Positions 20,351 to 33,600 of a DNA stretch of 64,000 nt are shown here, one piece after another. The notes under the pieces were generated by a model, which did not search any database, had not been told where the DNA came from, and saw only the letters and a program-made list of their open reading frames with translations. Both the position numbers and the translations under genes were made by a program. Origin of the DNA: Lingula anatina (taxonomy: Eukaryota; Animalia; Brachiopoda); NCBI GenBank assembly GCA_051362555.1, contig CM120646.1, forward strand, positions 14,074,001 through 14,138,000. The letters are read 5' to 3'. Each line of letters begins with the position of its first letter. Within the stretch, counting starts at the first letter, position 1.

Positions 20351-23300
20351 CATCGTTTGGCCACAGCCTTTGTGACTTGTACGTTGTGATCAAATTAAAC
20401 GGCTTTTTTTCCGGCCCCGAGGCAAACGAAACACACTCCCTTCTATAGCAATAAGAAGGCGGGTTAATTTCGTGACACCATTTAGCTGCCCCATTCATCC
20501 CAGTATTTCATTACCTTCGCCTGGTATAAAACGGTTAGGGACCCGCGTCCTTTTTGTCCCCATATCCGCCCCGCTCATCCGGAGGGGAGGGGATGTCACT
20601 TCTTAGGACAATGTAGGGTCGGGGAAGGTGTGGTGGGTCTTGTTCGTAGGGGGGAGGGTGCAATATACTGACACTTTTGTTGTACATTTTCTCGGGTATC
20701 ACGTTTGCACTCAAAGTGTCGGAAAAGGCCAATAGTTAACTTGGTTCGTTGAGAACACAAGTTGACTCTCTGGTACACGACCCGTACTCTGGCAGCGATG
20801 AATAATGTGATAATATAATATATATTGATGAGGTTAAGAAACGTGGAAACAGATAAGGACATGACTGTGATAAGCAATAAACTATTAGTACTGCTCCTTT
20901 TTTGAACAACGTATTTTAAAAAGCATATCATAAGCGTTGGATGTTTAAAATGGTGGATATCAATACAATTAAAACCTATGCCACAATTCACTCATTCGCC
21001 ATTAAACATTGTCTACACCAAGTTATAGAGTGCTTTTCCGCCGTGCTAAACAGCTTCGTAATGTGAAAAGTTGAAACTGAAACTTAAAAATACAAAAAAA
21101 GAAAAATGTTGTTTGGCATACTCTTATCCACTCTTAATGTGCAAAAGTCCACTAAATGAAAGAAGCTATCGAACTGCAACTTTGGTCATTTTCAACCATT
21201 TTGTAACACAGGCCCGAAACTAATCTTTTAAGCGTAATGCTAGTTTCTTAACTCTTTTTTTTTTTTTTTTTACCCAAGATGGAAGTTGACCAAAAAATTG
21301 TATTCAAAACCAAGCCAAACTCTCGACCTAGGTTCTTTCGAAAGCGTCCTCTTGTCGCAGAGGGGGTGGCCTCCTCGTGGATAAAAACCTAATTTGCGGT
21401 CTGTCACTTAAAGAAACCGGGCAGCAAAGGTGCTGACACACGCTAAGAGATTCTGGTACGCTGTTTCTTCATTTTCAAACCTACTCATGTGCACGCTTAT
21501 CAGACAAGTAGGCATATGTGGAAATTAAAAAGAAGAAACTGGCTATGAAATACAGACAGGGGACAAGTTCCGTCCCCCTGGGTACCCTGCACTGTTCTAA
21601 CGCTACGCAAGTTTGCGCGTACAGCCCATGGAAGGGACATACGTTTGTAAAGGAAACGAAGATTTTGACAACAAAATACCGCAAATAGGCCCATTAGGGG
21701 CTTCTATTCAACATTTCAGTGGCTGAATGTTTACTCGCCGTATAGAATTCACCTTCGACTGGATAAGAGCCATTGAATCGCCCTAACTTAACATATTAGA
21801 GAACCGATCCAAGCTCAGCCCTACACTTCATATCACACGAGCAGCCCTCACGCTGATATTTGTATTAATTTTCAAAGGCTATCAAGTTAGATCACATTTA
21901 TCTCAAGTGTGTCTAAATTAACCGATTAAATTTACTTTGTGTTACTCGGCGTTGGATGCCAGGCGTATGACAATTACCCCCATCTGTGGAGTTTGTTAAG
22001 ACATATTGTAATGGCATATTTTATCAAGAAATAAAAATACTTCTCATAGAATTCTGTAATTTCCAGGTTTGGTGGAAGCAAGGGGGCGTTACAGGTGTTC
22101 AAAAAGCCTTGACTGCGACTGCAATTTATATCATTTGAAGAAAGATGGTGGTGCTTGCTGTTAAAACAGATTGAGGTCATTTATTTTCTTTTAAGTCAAC
22201 GTGACTTAGAAACGTGTGTTTAGGTTGTCTTTTGTGGTGACAGAGCCGTTGGTTTTACAATTTATTGCACGGAATTGGTTTAGATTAGTCGCCGTGTATT
22301 ATACACGTACACTTTGTTTTGCTTGGTTTCACCCCTTTCTCCAATGAATAAGGAAATACATTATACACACGCAAACATATACTTATTTTTAAAGAAATGT
22401 CACTGTGTTAATCAACACAGGAATGCTGCACCAGGCTTCCCACGCTTAACTTTCTTAAACAGATCTCGAACACAATTTGGCAACAAAATACCTACATTTT
22501 GGGATATGGGAGTTGGACAATGCACTCGAAATTATGTCAAGCCACCCTGAGCTTCAGAGATTGCTGAAAACTTGCCATGGCTCTGCTGGGGACAGAAAGG
22601 AGTTTCTGATAAACTTTTCAAACTAGGGGTGTCATTGGTAGACCTAAGACTATGCAAAAGGGATCTAGCTCTTCGTCGACAACATCAGTTTCTTTCAAAG
22701 ATGTGCCTAAAAAATCTCCCAAATCATTGGAAGTAGCCACTGGGTCTATAATGTTTACCATATTCATCAAGTCCTTTCCTTGAAATACCAAAAAACTAAG
22801 AGACATTACTGTGTTGAGAATAAAACTGCAGCATCTCGTGTCGCCTTCACAAGTTACACAAAAATTGTCACCAAAACCATAAATAAACTCGGTATATTTA
22901 CAAACCTTGGCCAGCTGCTGTATTTGTTTGTGTGTGTGGATGTGTGTACATGCCGAAGAATGGTTCCAGTCCACATATTTTCATGCCCAACATCGATTAA
23001 ATATCACCGTGACTCACACTTCTCACGAAACCTAAATGTCAATGCACCAAATGTAAACTTTGCACTGTTTCATGCAGTTAGTTTTCTATCACACGTCAAA
23101 CTCATTTTAATTGTCCCATTCGCCGTAGCTTATTACGTTCTTTCGTAGGCATCTCCTCACACGCCAATATGTTATATGGAGACATATCCCCACAGTTCTC
23201 AACCTGAGGTAAGAATACCGCCCCTCCCCCTTCCCCCATCTCTTCCCATTCAATACTAAAGCCGGACCCCGTTCCTCTAGCCAAGATCCTGTATAGCAAC

Positions 23301-24031
23301 GGAGTTATTTCCCTACGCGCTGAATCCGCGATTAATGTATCAATCAAAATAATGTCTTCGCCAAATACAGATTAAACGCAAAGGCAGATGGCGTGTGTAA
23401 AGGGCGAGAGATGTGAGAGGGAGTGTGAGCCAGTGTGGATGTGTGGGCGGGCCATGAAACCCACGCGGAAATCACCTGTTCTTGATGAACCGAGCCACAG
23501 AGAGGGGACCTTTTTCGTATGGTATCCCTAAACCAGAGTTTTATTTCTTGACAAATCCAATAAGGATAATTAGCAAATTCAAGCTGAGGTAAAAACCTAC
23601 TTGCCAGATATTCGCACTTATACATGAACTACGACTTTAAGCGTCAGGGGCCAACAGTCAATATAACCTATACATAGATATTTGTTCTAAGTTTCTGTTG
23701 ACTTGGGAGCATAGTAAGTAAGAAGCCTACCTGGTTTAGGGTGCTCCACACTTTCAGAGATCTGTGCTATAGGATTAACGTGGACTAGGGGAGGGGGGAG
23801 GGTGGTTCTCCTGCGCCCCGACCTCGTTGTCGAGGTGCTCGTATCTCCACTGTGACTGTCTCCATCCTGAGACGGGGAAACGTCCATGTCATCATTGTCA
23901 TTATCTGCGTTCACGACAGTTTTACTCTGCCGTAACCTTTGCCTATGCTGTCTTTTTCTCCCTCCGTGTCCCGGCCACGTTAATAGTCCCAGCATTAGTA
24001 GAACATACACACTGTATTTGGATATATCCAT
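13652..24031 (-). CDS. SOSTDC1: Sclerostin/SOSTDC1 (Wise/ectodin)-like secreted cystine-knot protein, complement(join(13652..14040,23731..24031)), 229 aa
   Basis: Exon 1 (301 nt) encodes a signal peptide and ends CCA G|gtaggc. Exon 2 (389 nt) starts ttttcag|GG GAT, which is phase-compatible. The two-exon layout matches vertebrate SOST/SOSTDC1. The gene is probably co-orthologous to both (inference). Confidence 0.9.
16385..16447. repeat. Compound (TG)n(AG)n microsatellite
   Basis: Read directly; similar arrays at ~19459-19546, 20318-20348, 26520-26563, 26965-27012, 30569-30600, 37047-37216, 46783-46848 and 47209-47248. Confidence 0.9.
23731..24031 (-). CDS. SOSTDC1: SOSTDC1-like exon 1 (signal peptide + N-terminal arm)
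   Basis: gcaATGG start context; MDISKYSVYVLLMLGLLTWPGHG is a hydrophobic signal peptide; donor CAG|gtaggc; TATA box ~105 nt upstream. Confidence 0.85.
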
Positions 24032-24099
24032 TGCGGTGGGTTGATTGTAGTATTAGCAGGTGGTAAAGTGGGAGTGATCACACCATTGGACCCTCTCGC

Positions 24100-24180
24100 C
24101 GTGACTGTGGCTTCTCCTCCACGGAGTCCGTGTTTATATACACGCTCGCTCGCCCTATGTCACCGAGCGCCGCGGCAGTA
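24100..24180 (-). promoter_or_regulatory. Core promoter of the SOSTDC1-like gene
   Basis: TATATAAA at 24140-24133 (minus strand); Inr-like ACAGTC ~30 nt downstream (~24106); GC-rich GCGGCGCT just upstream of the TATA box. Confidence 0.65.
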
Positions 24181-25702
24181 GGGGGCTTGCTTCCTGATTC
24201 ATCCACGAACTGAGTTAGAGATAAGTGTCCTTTCCTATGCGTTACGCTGGTGTCCTTCAAACGTCATGAGCCAAGTCACCGATACCAGCGCTCTGTCAAT
24301 ACGCCCCAAAATGTACACAGCAGCGCGGGAAAACTGGTCTAAGCTAAAAAGAAAACAAATTTCAGGTTAGGAACTGTTTGGTTATTGTCAGGGCAAGCCA
24401 AACTGTACTGTCTGCTCGTCGTTCTGTTTCCACATGCGCGTGGCTCTGACAAAATCTCGGAGAGCCGTGTACAAGAGTGGCTTCTTGACCAATCAGAGCT
24501 CACGGATAGGCTGGGAGAGCGTTTCATCACAGACCTCAAGGCGATTTGTAAGGTGGGTTAACTCTGTAGCTTTAAGAGGCAGTGACTGTGTTGAGCAGCG
24601 AGCTAACTTACTACGCCGCGCAATTGACATACGTCAATCACACGCTTAAGCACTCATAGGTGTCAGTCGAACTGCGGATCGTCCGCTTTCGTTGTTGTAA
24701 TTGACACGGGAGCCTTGTTTTCTGTTGAAGGAATAAGATTGATTGCTTAGTAAGCTTAAACAGCTTTAATCGTCCTCACACATATACTATAGACCACTGT
24801 TTGTAAATTGAGTAGAACACGTCGAAAAAACGGACTAAAAGAAAAGCGCCCCTGTGTTCGGAGGATTTTCGCCCGGGGGAAGGGGCGCATAAAAGTGACG
24901 TTTCGTAAACATTGGGGTTACGGCCCCAGCCCCGTGTACTTGAGCGAAGGGGGCAGCTCAAAGCGGGGAGGGGGCAGTGTCAGGGTCGCAGCAGTGTTTT
25001 AAAATTCGGCGTTTAAAATGGGTACTTTTTTATAAGTAATACTGAAGGTGTAGGTCTTTTGTACATAGCGATAGATAGCATCTTAAAATCAGTTTTCATA
25101 TTTCTTCGTTGTATGTTGTACCGAATGTGTGTACGTTTCAGAGTCAAGGAACCGCTTAAAAACATTCAAAAGGTTAGATTTACTATCAGTGGTATTTATC
25201 TGTATATCACTTGTGCTCAGTGCTTACACAGACAACATTTCACCAATTCGACGGGGGCTTTTGAAGAAGGTATCATTTTAGACCTTATTCCCAACATTTT
25301 TCCATAAAATATCACTGATCAAATAATTTTTTTTAAAAAGAAACTGAAAAAAAAAAATGCCTGGGTATTTTGACGCGGGCGTAGGCATTGTGCCTGCGTA
25401 CACTATGGACCAGTGGCAGCACAGTTGGGCCGTAATGAGATAATGTCCTCTCAGTACCGTGTTGAGCAAACACAGCAGCGGGGGACGGGACGTGATACCT
25501 GCCACACTCTCTAGTCTTAATGACGTGACGGTAGGTGGGGAGCGGCGTGGTTCACGGTGTCCGGAAAGCCCGTTGAGGTGATGCGTCTACTTTTTTTTAT
25601 TGATTTCTCTAAAAAAAATTCTCTTACATTATCATCAGTGACGAGACTGTGGACTCAACCGAGACAAAATGATGGCCTTTGATTTTAAGTACTTTTTAAC
25701 CT

Positions 25703-25733
<31 letters not shown>

Positions 25734-26518
25734 ATCCAGTGGGAAGAAAGCTAAGGTTTGAATACTAGTACTTAATATCCCCTTGTCATCCAGATACAGG
25801 GAAAGCGTACTGTATGAATCTAGATTTGTTATAATTGTTCTAATTGTTGTTGAGCGTGTTATATAGTTTGTTGCGTGTGGCGTGTCGGGGGTAGGATGTG
25901 TCCGTACAACGCGCTGTGAACGCTTCTTACTCAATTACTCCACAATGCGGTGCCACTTCGCCACGAACAAACTGCGTTTCTCAATAGTTAACAGCTCACA
26001 TGCGAGATGGTATATAATGATCATGCTTTATGATGGTTTCTTTTTTTTTTTCGTTAAATTGATGCGGTTGTTCCATACCCAAAGTGGAGAGGAATTCAAT
26101 TCCCTATAAAGACAAAGTATGGATGGAAATACATTTGAACGTTAAGAATTCATATTGTAAAATGGTCATTGAAAAAGTTACATGAAGTAAGGTCGATAAA
26201 ATACCATTTACTGTCAAAGGATATTTGATATGTATAATTTGTCTCTTGAAATAGAAAGATTAAAAAATACCAAGCAGTTTTCAAAATGTGTCACAGAAAA
26301 TAGCGCACATGCCAAATCTCCCTTCTGACTGTCGCTTACAATTAAGTACTACATATGAATCACATCTGTGAGCTAAAAATGTGATGGAAAGTTAATCAAT
26401 TGTGCGGCGTACGGGTGGTCAAAATTTCAAAAATTCATCGTGCACGCGGTAGCCGAAATCGGTTCTAATTGCGATAAGCTACAATCATGGGTTTTCATTT
26501 AAATATTCCTCCCTCCAC

Positions 26519-26549
<31 letters not shown>

Positions 26550-26963
26550 TCTCTCTCTCTCTCTGATAAACTCATGAGAGGCCCAAGGCAAACAAAAAGG
26601 AGACTCCGTGACAAGCAGCTACTGTCACAATATTGACATTTTCGTAACAAACGTCTAATGACCGAGATGGCGAGTTTGTTTGGGTTCTGGCTTCCACTCA
26701 CATTCTTGCTATAAGGAGGAGTGAAAAGCTGCGTAAAGTGTTGAGAATGTAAAGATCCCGAGTGCCATAATATTATGCTAGCAGTGTGGTTTACAGTATT
26801 ATTCTGTGGTACTTGCAGCTTTAATTATAGGAGATATATATACAGTCAGAGTGTGCCCCTGGGTTTTATTTTGTAGTACATGAACGGTTCATGGTTTTGT
26901 CCAATCATGGAGGTGATTAAAATGGAATGCGTCATACGACCTTTTCTGGACACTATGTCATTG

Positions 26964-27001
<38 letters not shown>

Positions 27002-28762
27002 GAGAGAGAGAGAACATTTAGCCTGTCATAAGGTTCAAGTTCAACAAGAGCTTTGCATTGTGATTACACTTAAGTATGGTAGTTCATTTAGCAAATGGCT
27101 TTCACAGAAAACCCGTTTAACGTAATTTTTTATATTAAGTTATAAAATGAAATTGTTAAATTTTTCACTATCTGATTTTAGTACACAATGAGCCCAACAT
27201 CAGGGAAGATTTAATGACGTCCTGTATAATTCATTAAATATAACGCAAAATAAGCACTTAATATTTCAAAATGTGTAAAATATAAAATCCGTGAACACAA
27301 AACAAGCAAAAGAAGAAATACAATGTAGAACTTAACTCTTTTGCCCATATGAAAAGAGCTCTTCATTCCTTAAAATGAAAACGTTATGCCAGAACTCGGA
27401 ATAAGGAAATATAATAGCCTTATCAATGCAAATGAAGTTTTAATCATAACCCCAAATGAATGAAGTGATTGTTTGTCACCGAGCTAGGGTTTCAATATGG
27501 CAGATGCCAAGGCATGACGACGTGGTGACACAAAAACGTGTGAAAAATGACCGGTTTCGACGAACCTAAAATAGCAGATTTAAGGAAGGAATTACCAGTG
27601 CTGAAGCGCAGGAAAAATTAAAATCAGGAAAAACTCACGACACTCTAAATTGCAGTCTTCTTTGACAACCAATTTTTTGCAGATTGCATCTGTACAACAT
27701 TGAAAATATATGTTTTTAGAGCTGAAGCGCAAAGGAAAAGGTGACAGCACTGCGAATCGAGGTATTATAGAAATGTCGACTTATTCAAAGTCCGATTGCG
27801 TTATTTTCAGTTCTTCCGTTTCCAATATTTAGTCCTACGCCATGGAACAGAGCTATTTTTAAAGGTGCTTCCATGCTGTTCAATTATTTCACTGATTTTT
27901 TGCATCCCACTTATGGTTCAATATCTTGGTTTATAGAGTTGTACATGTATATGTACGGAATGTTCATTAAGGTAAAATTATGAATACAATGACGAGTCTC
28001 AGAGCAATTTGTCTACCATACAAAAATAGTCCAGGTCAACATGGTCATAACAAACGTTCTGTATTGCCTGTATAAGGCGCTGTAATATCAAGAATAAAAG
28101 AAAAAAGAAATTCGCGAATAATAACCTATAGAACATGAATTACTGAATACCAAAAGAAAAATGAAGGTTCAAGGTTCAATGTTAGACGAAATCATGGTAG
28201 GAAGGTGCAAAAGGGGAAACAGATTTACTGTTAGGAGTCATGAGTAATTCATTGTAAAATGTCACTACGTGTAGTACATCAGCTATAGCTATTTGGAAGT
28301 TAATAATGCAGTTTGTTGGAATGTGTTTTATACACTGTTATTCAGGGGTACGAGGATGATCTGAAATTGAATCCGGAACCTTAAAAAGCAAAACAAAAAC
28401 AATCAATAAGAAGTTGTTATCATATTTAGGCGAATAGATCGTACAGTATAAGGATTATACAGGAAGCAAATTCTTTTAGAATCGTCCTGAAAACCGGTCG
28501 CTTTCCGTCTTTGTGGCAACTTGCAATTCTGTATCCTCCAATGCTATGGACGTTATCAACATTTTTTCTTTGCCATGTTTTTCCACTCCAGCTTAAATTA
28601 CAGTACAATTTTTGTTTACAATTTCATTTTAATGTTTTTATTATATAAGATTTGACACAGATCCGTTAACTGCATCAGTTAAAGGTATATAGATTAATTT
28701 AATAGTATTTTCTGTACGGTTTACTATATACACTGTATACATACCTATACTGTTCCATGGGG

Positions 28763-29007
28763 TTATATACCTCCGCCAAGGAGGTTATGTTTTCACCCCT
28801 TTTTGTCTGTTTGTTTGTCTGTCATCAACATAACTCAAAAAGTTATGGACCGATTTTTATGAAATTTTCAGGAACTGTCAGAAGTGGGCCAAGGAAGAGA
28901 TGATTAGTTTTTGGTGGTGATCCGGATCAATAATCAATCAATGGTCAATAATAATAAAAAAGTGCTGCCTTGGCGGAGGTCTCCGCTCTCGGAGTGCTTT
29001 TCTAGTT
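28763..29007 (+). mobile_element. Helentron-associated non-autonomous element (HINE; DINE-1/CvA-Pearl-like architecture)
   Basis: Perfect 13-bp subterminal inverted repeats acctccgccaagg (28769-28781) / ccttggcggaggt (28968-28980); the left end continues as a self-palindrome (acctcc...ggaggt); short TGTC/TGTT microsatellite; 3' hairpin cgctc-tcg-gagtg then CTAG; TT flanks. Confidence 0.8.
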
Positions 29008-30565
29008 GTTCTTGTTTTTGCGTAACGAATTAATAGACTGACGTATGTGTTCGTTTGTTTTCTCATGATGATAGTGTAAACATCACGCATCTTTTAGCGT
29101 TGACGTAATATTTGGATACTCATCAGTAGCATTTTTATACGTTACGTATCACGAGTTATTGAGATTTTTATTCCACATTCTAACTGAAATTTACCAGTAT
29201 TATTATAGTAATTTTCGTGTTATTTTTTATCTTTTTGTCGATACCTGATAAAGTACTCCGACTTGAGCTCTGAGTTTTTATCTCCTTGATGGAAAATTTC
29301 CTTCTGATCCCATTTTTTTCTGTTACTATTGTTATTATAACCTATGGTGTGATTAAGCATTGGCGTCAATGCAGTGAGTTTCATATCTTCTGAAAGCAAC
29401 GATGTCGTATACGACCGTTTTTAGTACGAGTATGTATACGTGTTGTTATGAATGCTTGTTACCGATTTCAGTCAAAGTGCGCAGTTGAAGTAAACAAGAT
29501 TAGAAGAAATGACAAGAAAATCTTAATGCTGACTTGTACCGTTCTTGGGTCAGAGTAATAACAACAATGATAGTATAATAATGGTTACAATGAAATGAAA
29601 ATTAACTTAAATTCTTAATATTATGCACATCTAAAGAACATAATGTTAACGCACCGATTAAACTTTTAAGTCTTTAACCTTTAAGCCTTGAACTTTAAAT
29701 TATTTAAAAATATTGGAAAAATAAAACAATTCCTGTCAAGTCAAATCGGTCGGAAATGTTAACAAAATACTTTAAAAAACCTATCAGCAGATGATAGTTT
29801 ATACAAAGAAGATAATGACGCACTGATCTGTTGGCTACAAAAGAAACGGTTTTTCATTTTAATGCCACAATTGTTTTTTTTCTTATAAAAACTTTTCCCA
29901 ATGTACGTTATGCAATACCATGTATTCTGTATTATGTTGTTGGTGCTACATCTACTTAAAAAGTAGCGTCTAGACAAGTTCTGTTTGATGCTATGGACTC
30001 TGGAAGAGATAGCCTACCCCTAGTGGAAAACAGATTACAGAAAACACTTCTCCGTGAAAGCAAAACTACATGTAATGATAGAAAAATGATCGAATGAAAA
30101 TATAGAGACACACATAACCGAGTCAAAAAGATACTAAAACAGACGTTTAATCTTACCTTCTCTGACTTTGAAACATCTTCTGTAAAATCATTATAGCGTC
30201 ACATAAACTGTATTGGGGTATATCACAACCCTTTTAGTCCACTTAAGTAAATTTTGTATGACTAGGAAGGCTTTAGTCACCAAACCATTTCTTCGTCCGC
30301 GTAGTCATGGCAACGGGGCAAGGCTGACCCATCTCTGTTCCCACGGATTAAACTAAAATGGGGTGGCATCTGCCCAAAAATGTTCTCGGGGGACATGTCT
30401 TGATTTTGACAGACACTGCCCTTGAGACGCCCCGGGTGTCTTTACCAGGGTCTTCAACTGATGATCTACTCATAAACCTGCTATTTTTAAAAGGGTGCGT
30501 ATGAGTGTGTCTAATTGTCGCACACCGATTTACTCATAAACTTGCTAGTTTTGGAATTTTGTGTT

Positions 30566-30602
<37 letters not shown>

Positions 30603-33600
30603 TTGAAGTACAGGGGTGGGGTGGAAGGTGGGAATGGGGAGGGGGTGATAAAGTTATATTGACAGAATGAAGAACCTTCCGATGACGGCTAATGCTTGGC
30701 TAATTTGTTTTATGCAAGTTTCAATACCTTCATGCAAACAACGCTCCGGATTAGACATGATAGATAAAAATGTCCCAATAATAAACTCCGAAATATAAAC
30801 ACAGAATTGAGGCATTATTATGAAGTTTTCTAATTTCGACGAAATGATACCAAAGGTCAGAATACGGAACACATCTGATAAGAGAAAAAAATGACCCTCT
30901 CTTGTCTACTAACTTGTAAAACACCTGGTAAAGTTAATATAAAGTTGTTTCGTAGTATCAACCCTCAGGGGCGAAAACAGAGGTTTTTTCTGACAGTCTC
31001 CCAAATCATCTTTGTTGATCCATCCTCAATCTTTGACCGTCTTCTGACAGAAAAAAATCAGATACCCGTCAATTTTAACTAGAAAATCTGACCATCTTCC
31101 GGAAGACCCAGAAGACGTCCTCAATACGCCCCTGAACCCTAGCGAGATTCCGCTACTTCCCTTGTCTACAAAGCAACCACAGAGTTGGTCCCCCTCAGGA
31201 GGGAAGAGACAGTTTTATGTACAGTATGTATCTTTACGACTCTTCGGTTATATCAAGTTAATAGATTCAAATGAGTAATGGGGATCTCAAGTCGTAAAAG
31301 TTTCCCGCCTGCGGTCGATTGTGGACCGTTTTACGACTACCACTAGAGCGCCATATATGGATACCCAAGGAGTTGTATGAGGGAGGGGGGGGATCGGGAG
31401 GAAAAAATAAATGATATCCAATATTTTCCATCGTCTTATCTGTGGTAAGAGCCATGGGTAACCGACAAGTGGTTAAGGGGACTTATAGTAAAAGGACCAA
31501 AGTCACAAAAACAAAGCCCTGGGCTTGTAAGTTTTAATAAAAAATTAAAACAAACTTCCCAAAAGGCCAATTAAAGACGGGGATTAAGTACAGTGTCCAA
31601 CGGATGACGCTCTGGCGCCAATTTGAGGGGAAAAATGCCGTTTTCGGTATTGGGATTTTCTCTATAACCAAGACAGCTATTCAAGTGATTCAAAAGGCCT
31701 CATAAAGCTGGGTGAAAGCACTACAGCGCGGTACCAGGGAATTGTCTTTAACTATTTACTTTTGATTTTATCATCTTTTACGTTAAATCAGCCCATATTT
31801 CAATGGGTTATTCACTTCAAAAGGCGATAACTTTCAAACAAACAATTTCCTCTTAAACCCCTGATATCATGCTGTAGTCCACATTCCTAACAACAATAGG
31901 TGCAACTTTTGTAACGATCGGTTGCTCAGATAGTGAGATATACTTGGCAGCGATTCACTTATCTCGTCAATATAGAAAGCTGTTAAAACAGCCAAAAACG
32001 TTCACAGGTTGGTTAACAGGGCTTATTAGTCAAATGCTTAGCTGGCAAATTTACCTGTTATCGGTTATACGATCAAATGGAACCATTGCTTATTGTCATC
32101 TAAAAATATTTTGTTTGGGTGCTTTGAAGGGGCAGAAAATCGTGCTTTTGTTACATTTTCCGACCACTCGTTAGGCATGTAAGCGTGCCGCCATTTTGAT
32201 TGACAGCTCTGGAGAGGGCCCTAGCCTAGTGATGCCCCGTAGGGTGTCAAGGATATGTAGAAGGAAGCGCTAACAAAGGCGATTACGTTTAACCGCAATT
32301 AGGAGGTGTGAAGTTGCATTTGAACGTTTCAATGGCTTTTCCTCGGCAAACGAGTAATTTTACCTGAGAGATTCCTTTTCTGTTATCGGCAAAGTGATCA
32401 GATAAAACTGTGTCGAGAGCAATTGTCCGTCACTTGTGTTAATACGAGTTTTTTGACGGGTAACGCTGCAGGATTATTTTGCACGACACTTGGTAATCGT
32501 CAGATCAACGGAAAAATCCAGTATTTCTCAAAATGCTAGCTAAGATAGAGGGGAGACGCTCAGCTGCACAAGATTCAGCGGTAAAAGTGGCTGAGAGAAG
32601 GCTTTTGAATAAATATTTTATTTTTTACACACACATGACACTTAGACCCTATTTGCTTTTTACCTGCTAGTCTTGACTATTTTCGGGGTCTTTTTGTGAT
32701 TTTCATTTTTGGATACATTTTGAACTCTTTCTTCCCGCTTGATCAGTGATTTTGAAATTGTTTTTCTCCAAACATCGCAAAATGCAAAGCCGCTAACATG
32801 CGTTTTTATTTTTATTGTTTTAATCATGCTGTCAACCCTTGCTTGGATTTCTCTCGTTTGGCCATTCACATCACAAGTTTTCGCGTGTCTCTCAAGCTCC
32901 ATGATATCATATTCTGGAGAATAAAATTTTACTTTGTCAACATTAGATTTACCTTTCGCAAACGGCGACCAAAAATCATTTCCGGTTTCGTAACGTGTCG
33001 CAGATACGCTCGCCGATATATATCGCAAAAATTAAGAGCTAGGCTAAAAGTATCCTTTTTAGCGTTTTTTTAAAATTTATTTATCGATTTTTCTTTCATT
33101 TGTCAATTAATTTAGGTGATTCGATTAACTCTTTCACCCATTTATTAGGTATACAGAAATCAGTTATCCGACTGAACAAATAGGGCCGGTTTTCCCCAAC
33201 CGCCACGCATAGGCCCTACTCTCTTTCAAAATTTTCTTTCTTTCCTCTTGAAATGGACTTTTAACACGAACTTTTCTCTTCTTCGCTGCTAAGCTGATGT
33301 AAGACTTATGACCTATTACCGCACACGTAATCGGCTTATAACTCATTAACTGTGCTCCGACCCCCTCATGGCAACGGCCCTTAGTAACAGAGGCGTGGCT
33401 TAGTTGTCAGCCTGACTGGGGCGCGTGCCGGTTGAAAAACTCATCAAAAGACACATTTTGCGATGCAAATTCATAAAAATCATTACATCCAACTTTAGAT
33501 ACTTTTTTGATTAATATAAACACACAAAAAACTCAATAACATGATTTTAAGCGTATTTAACCCTATCACCGACCTTAATTCTGAAGATAGCCAGGCATTA

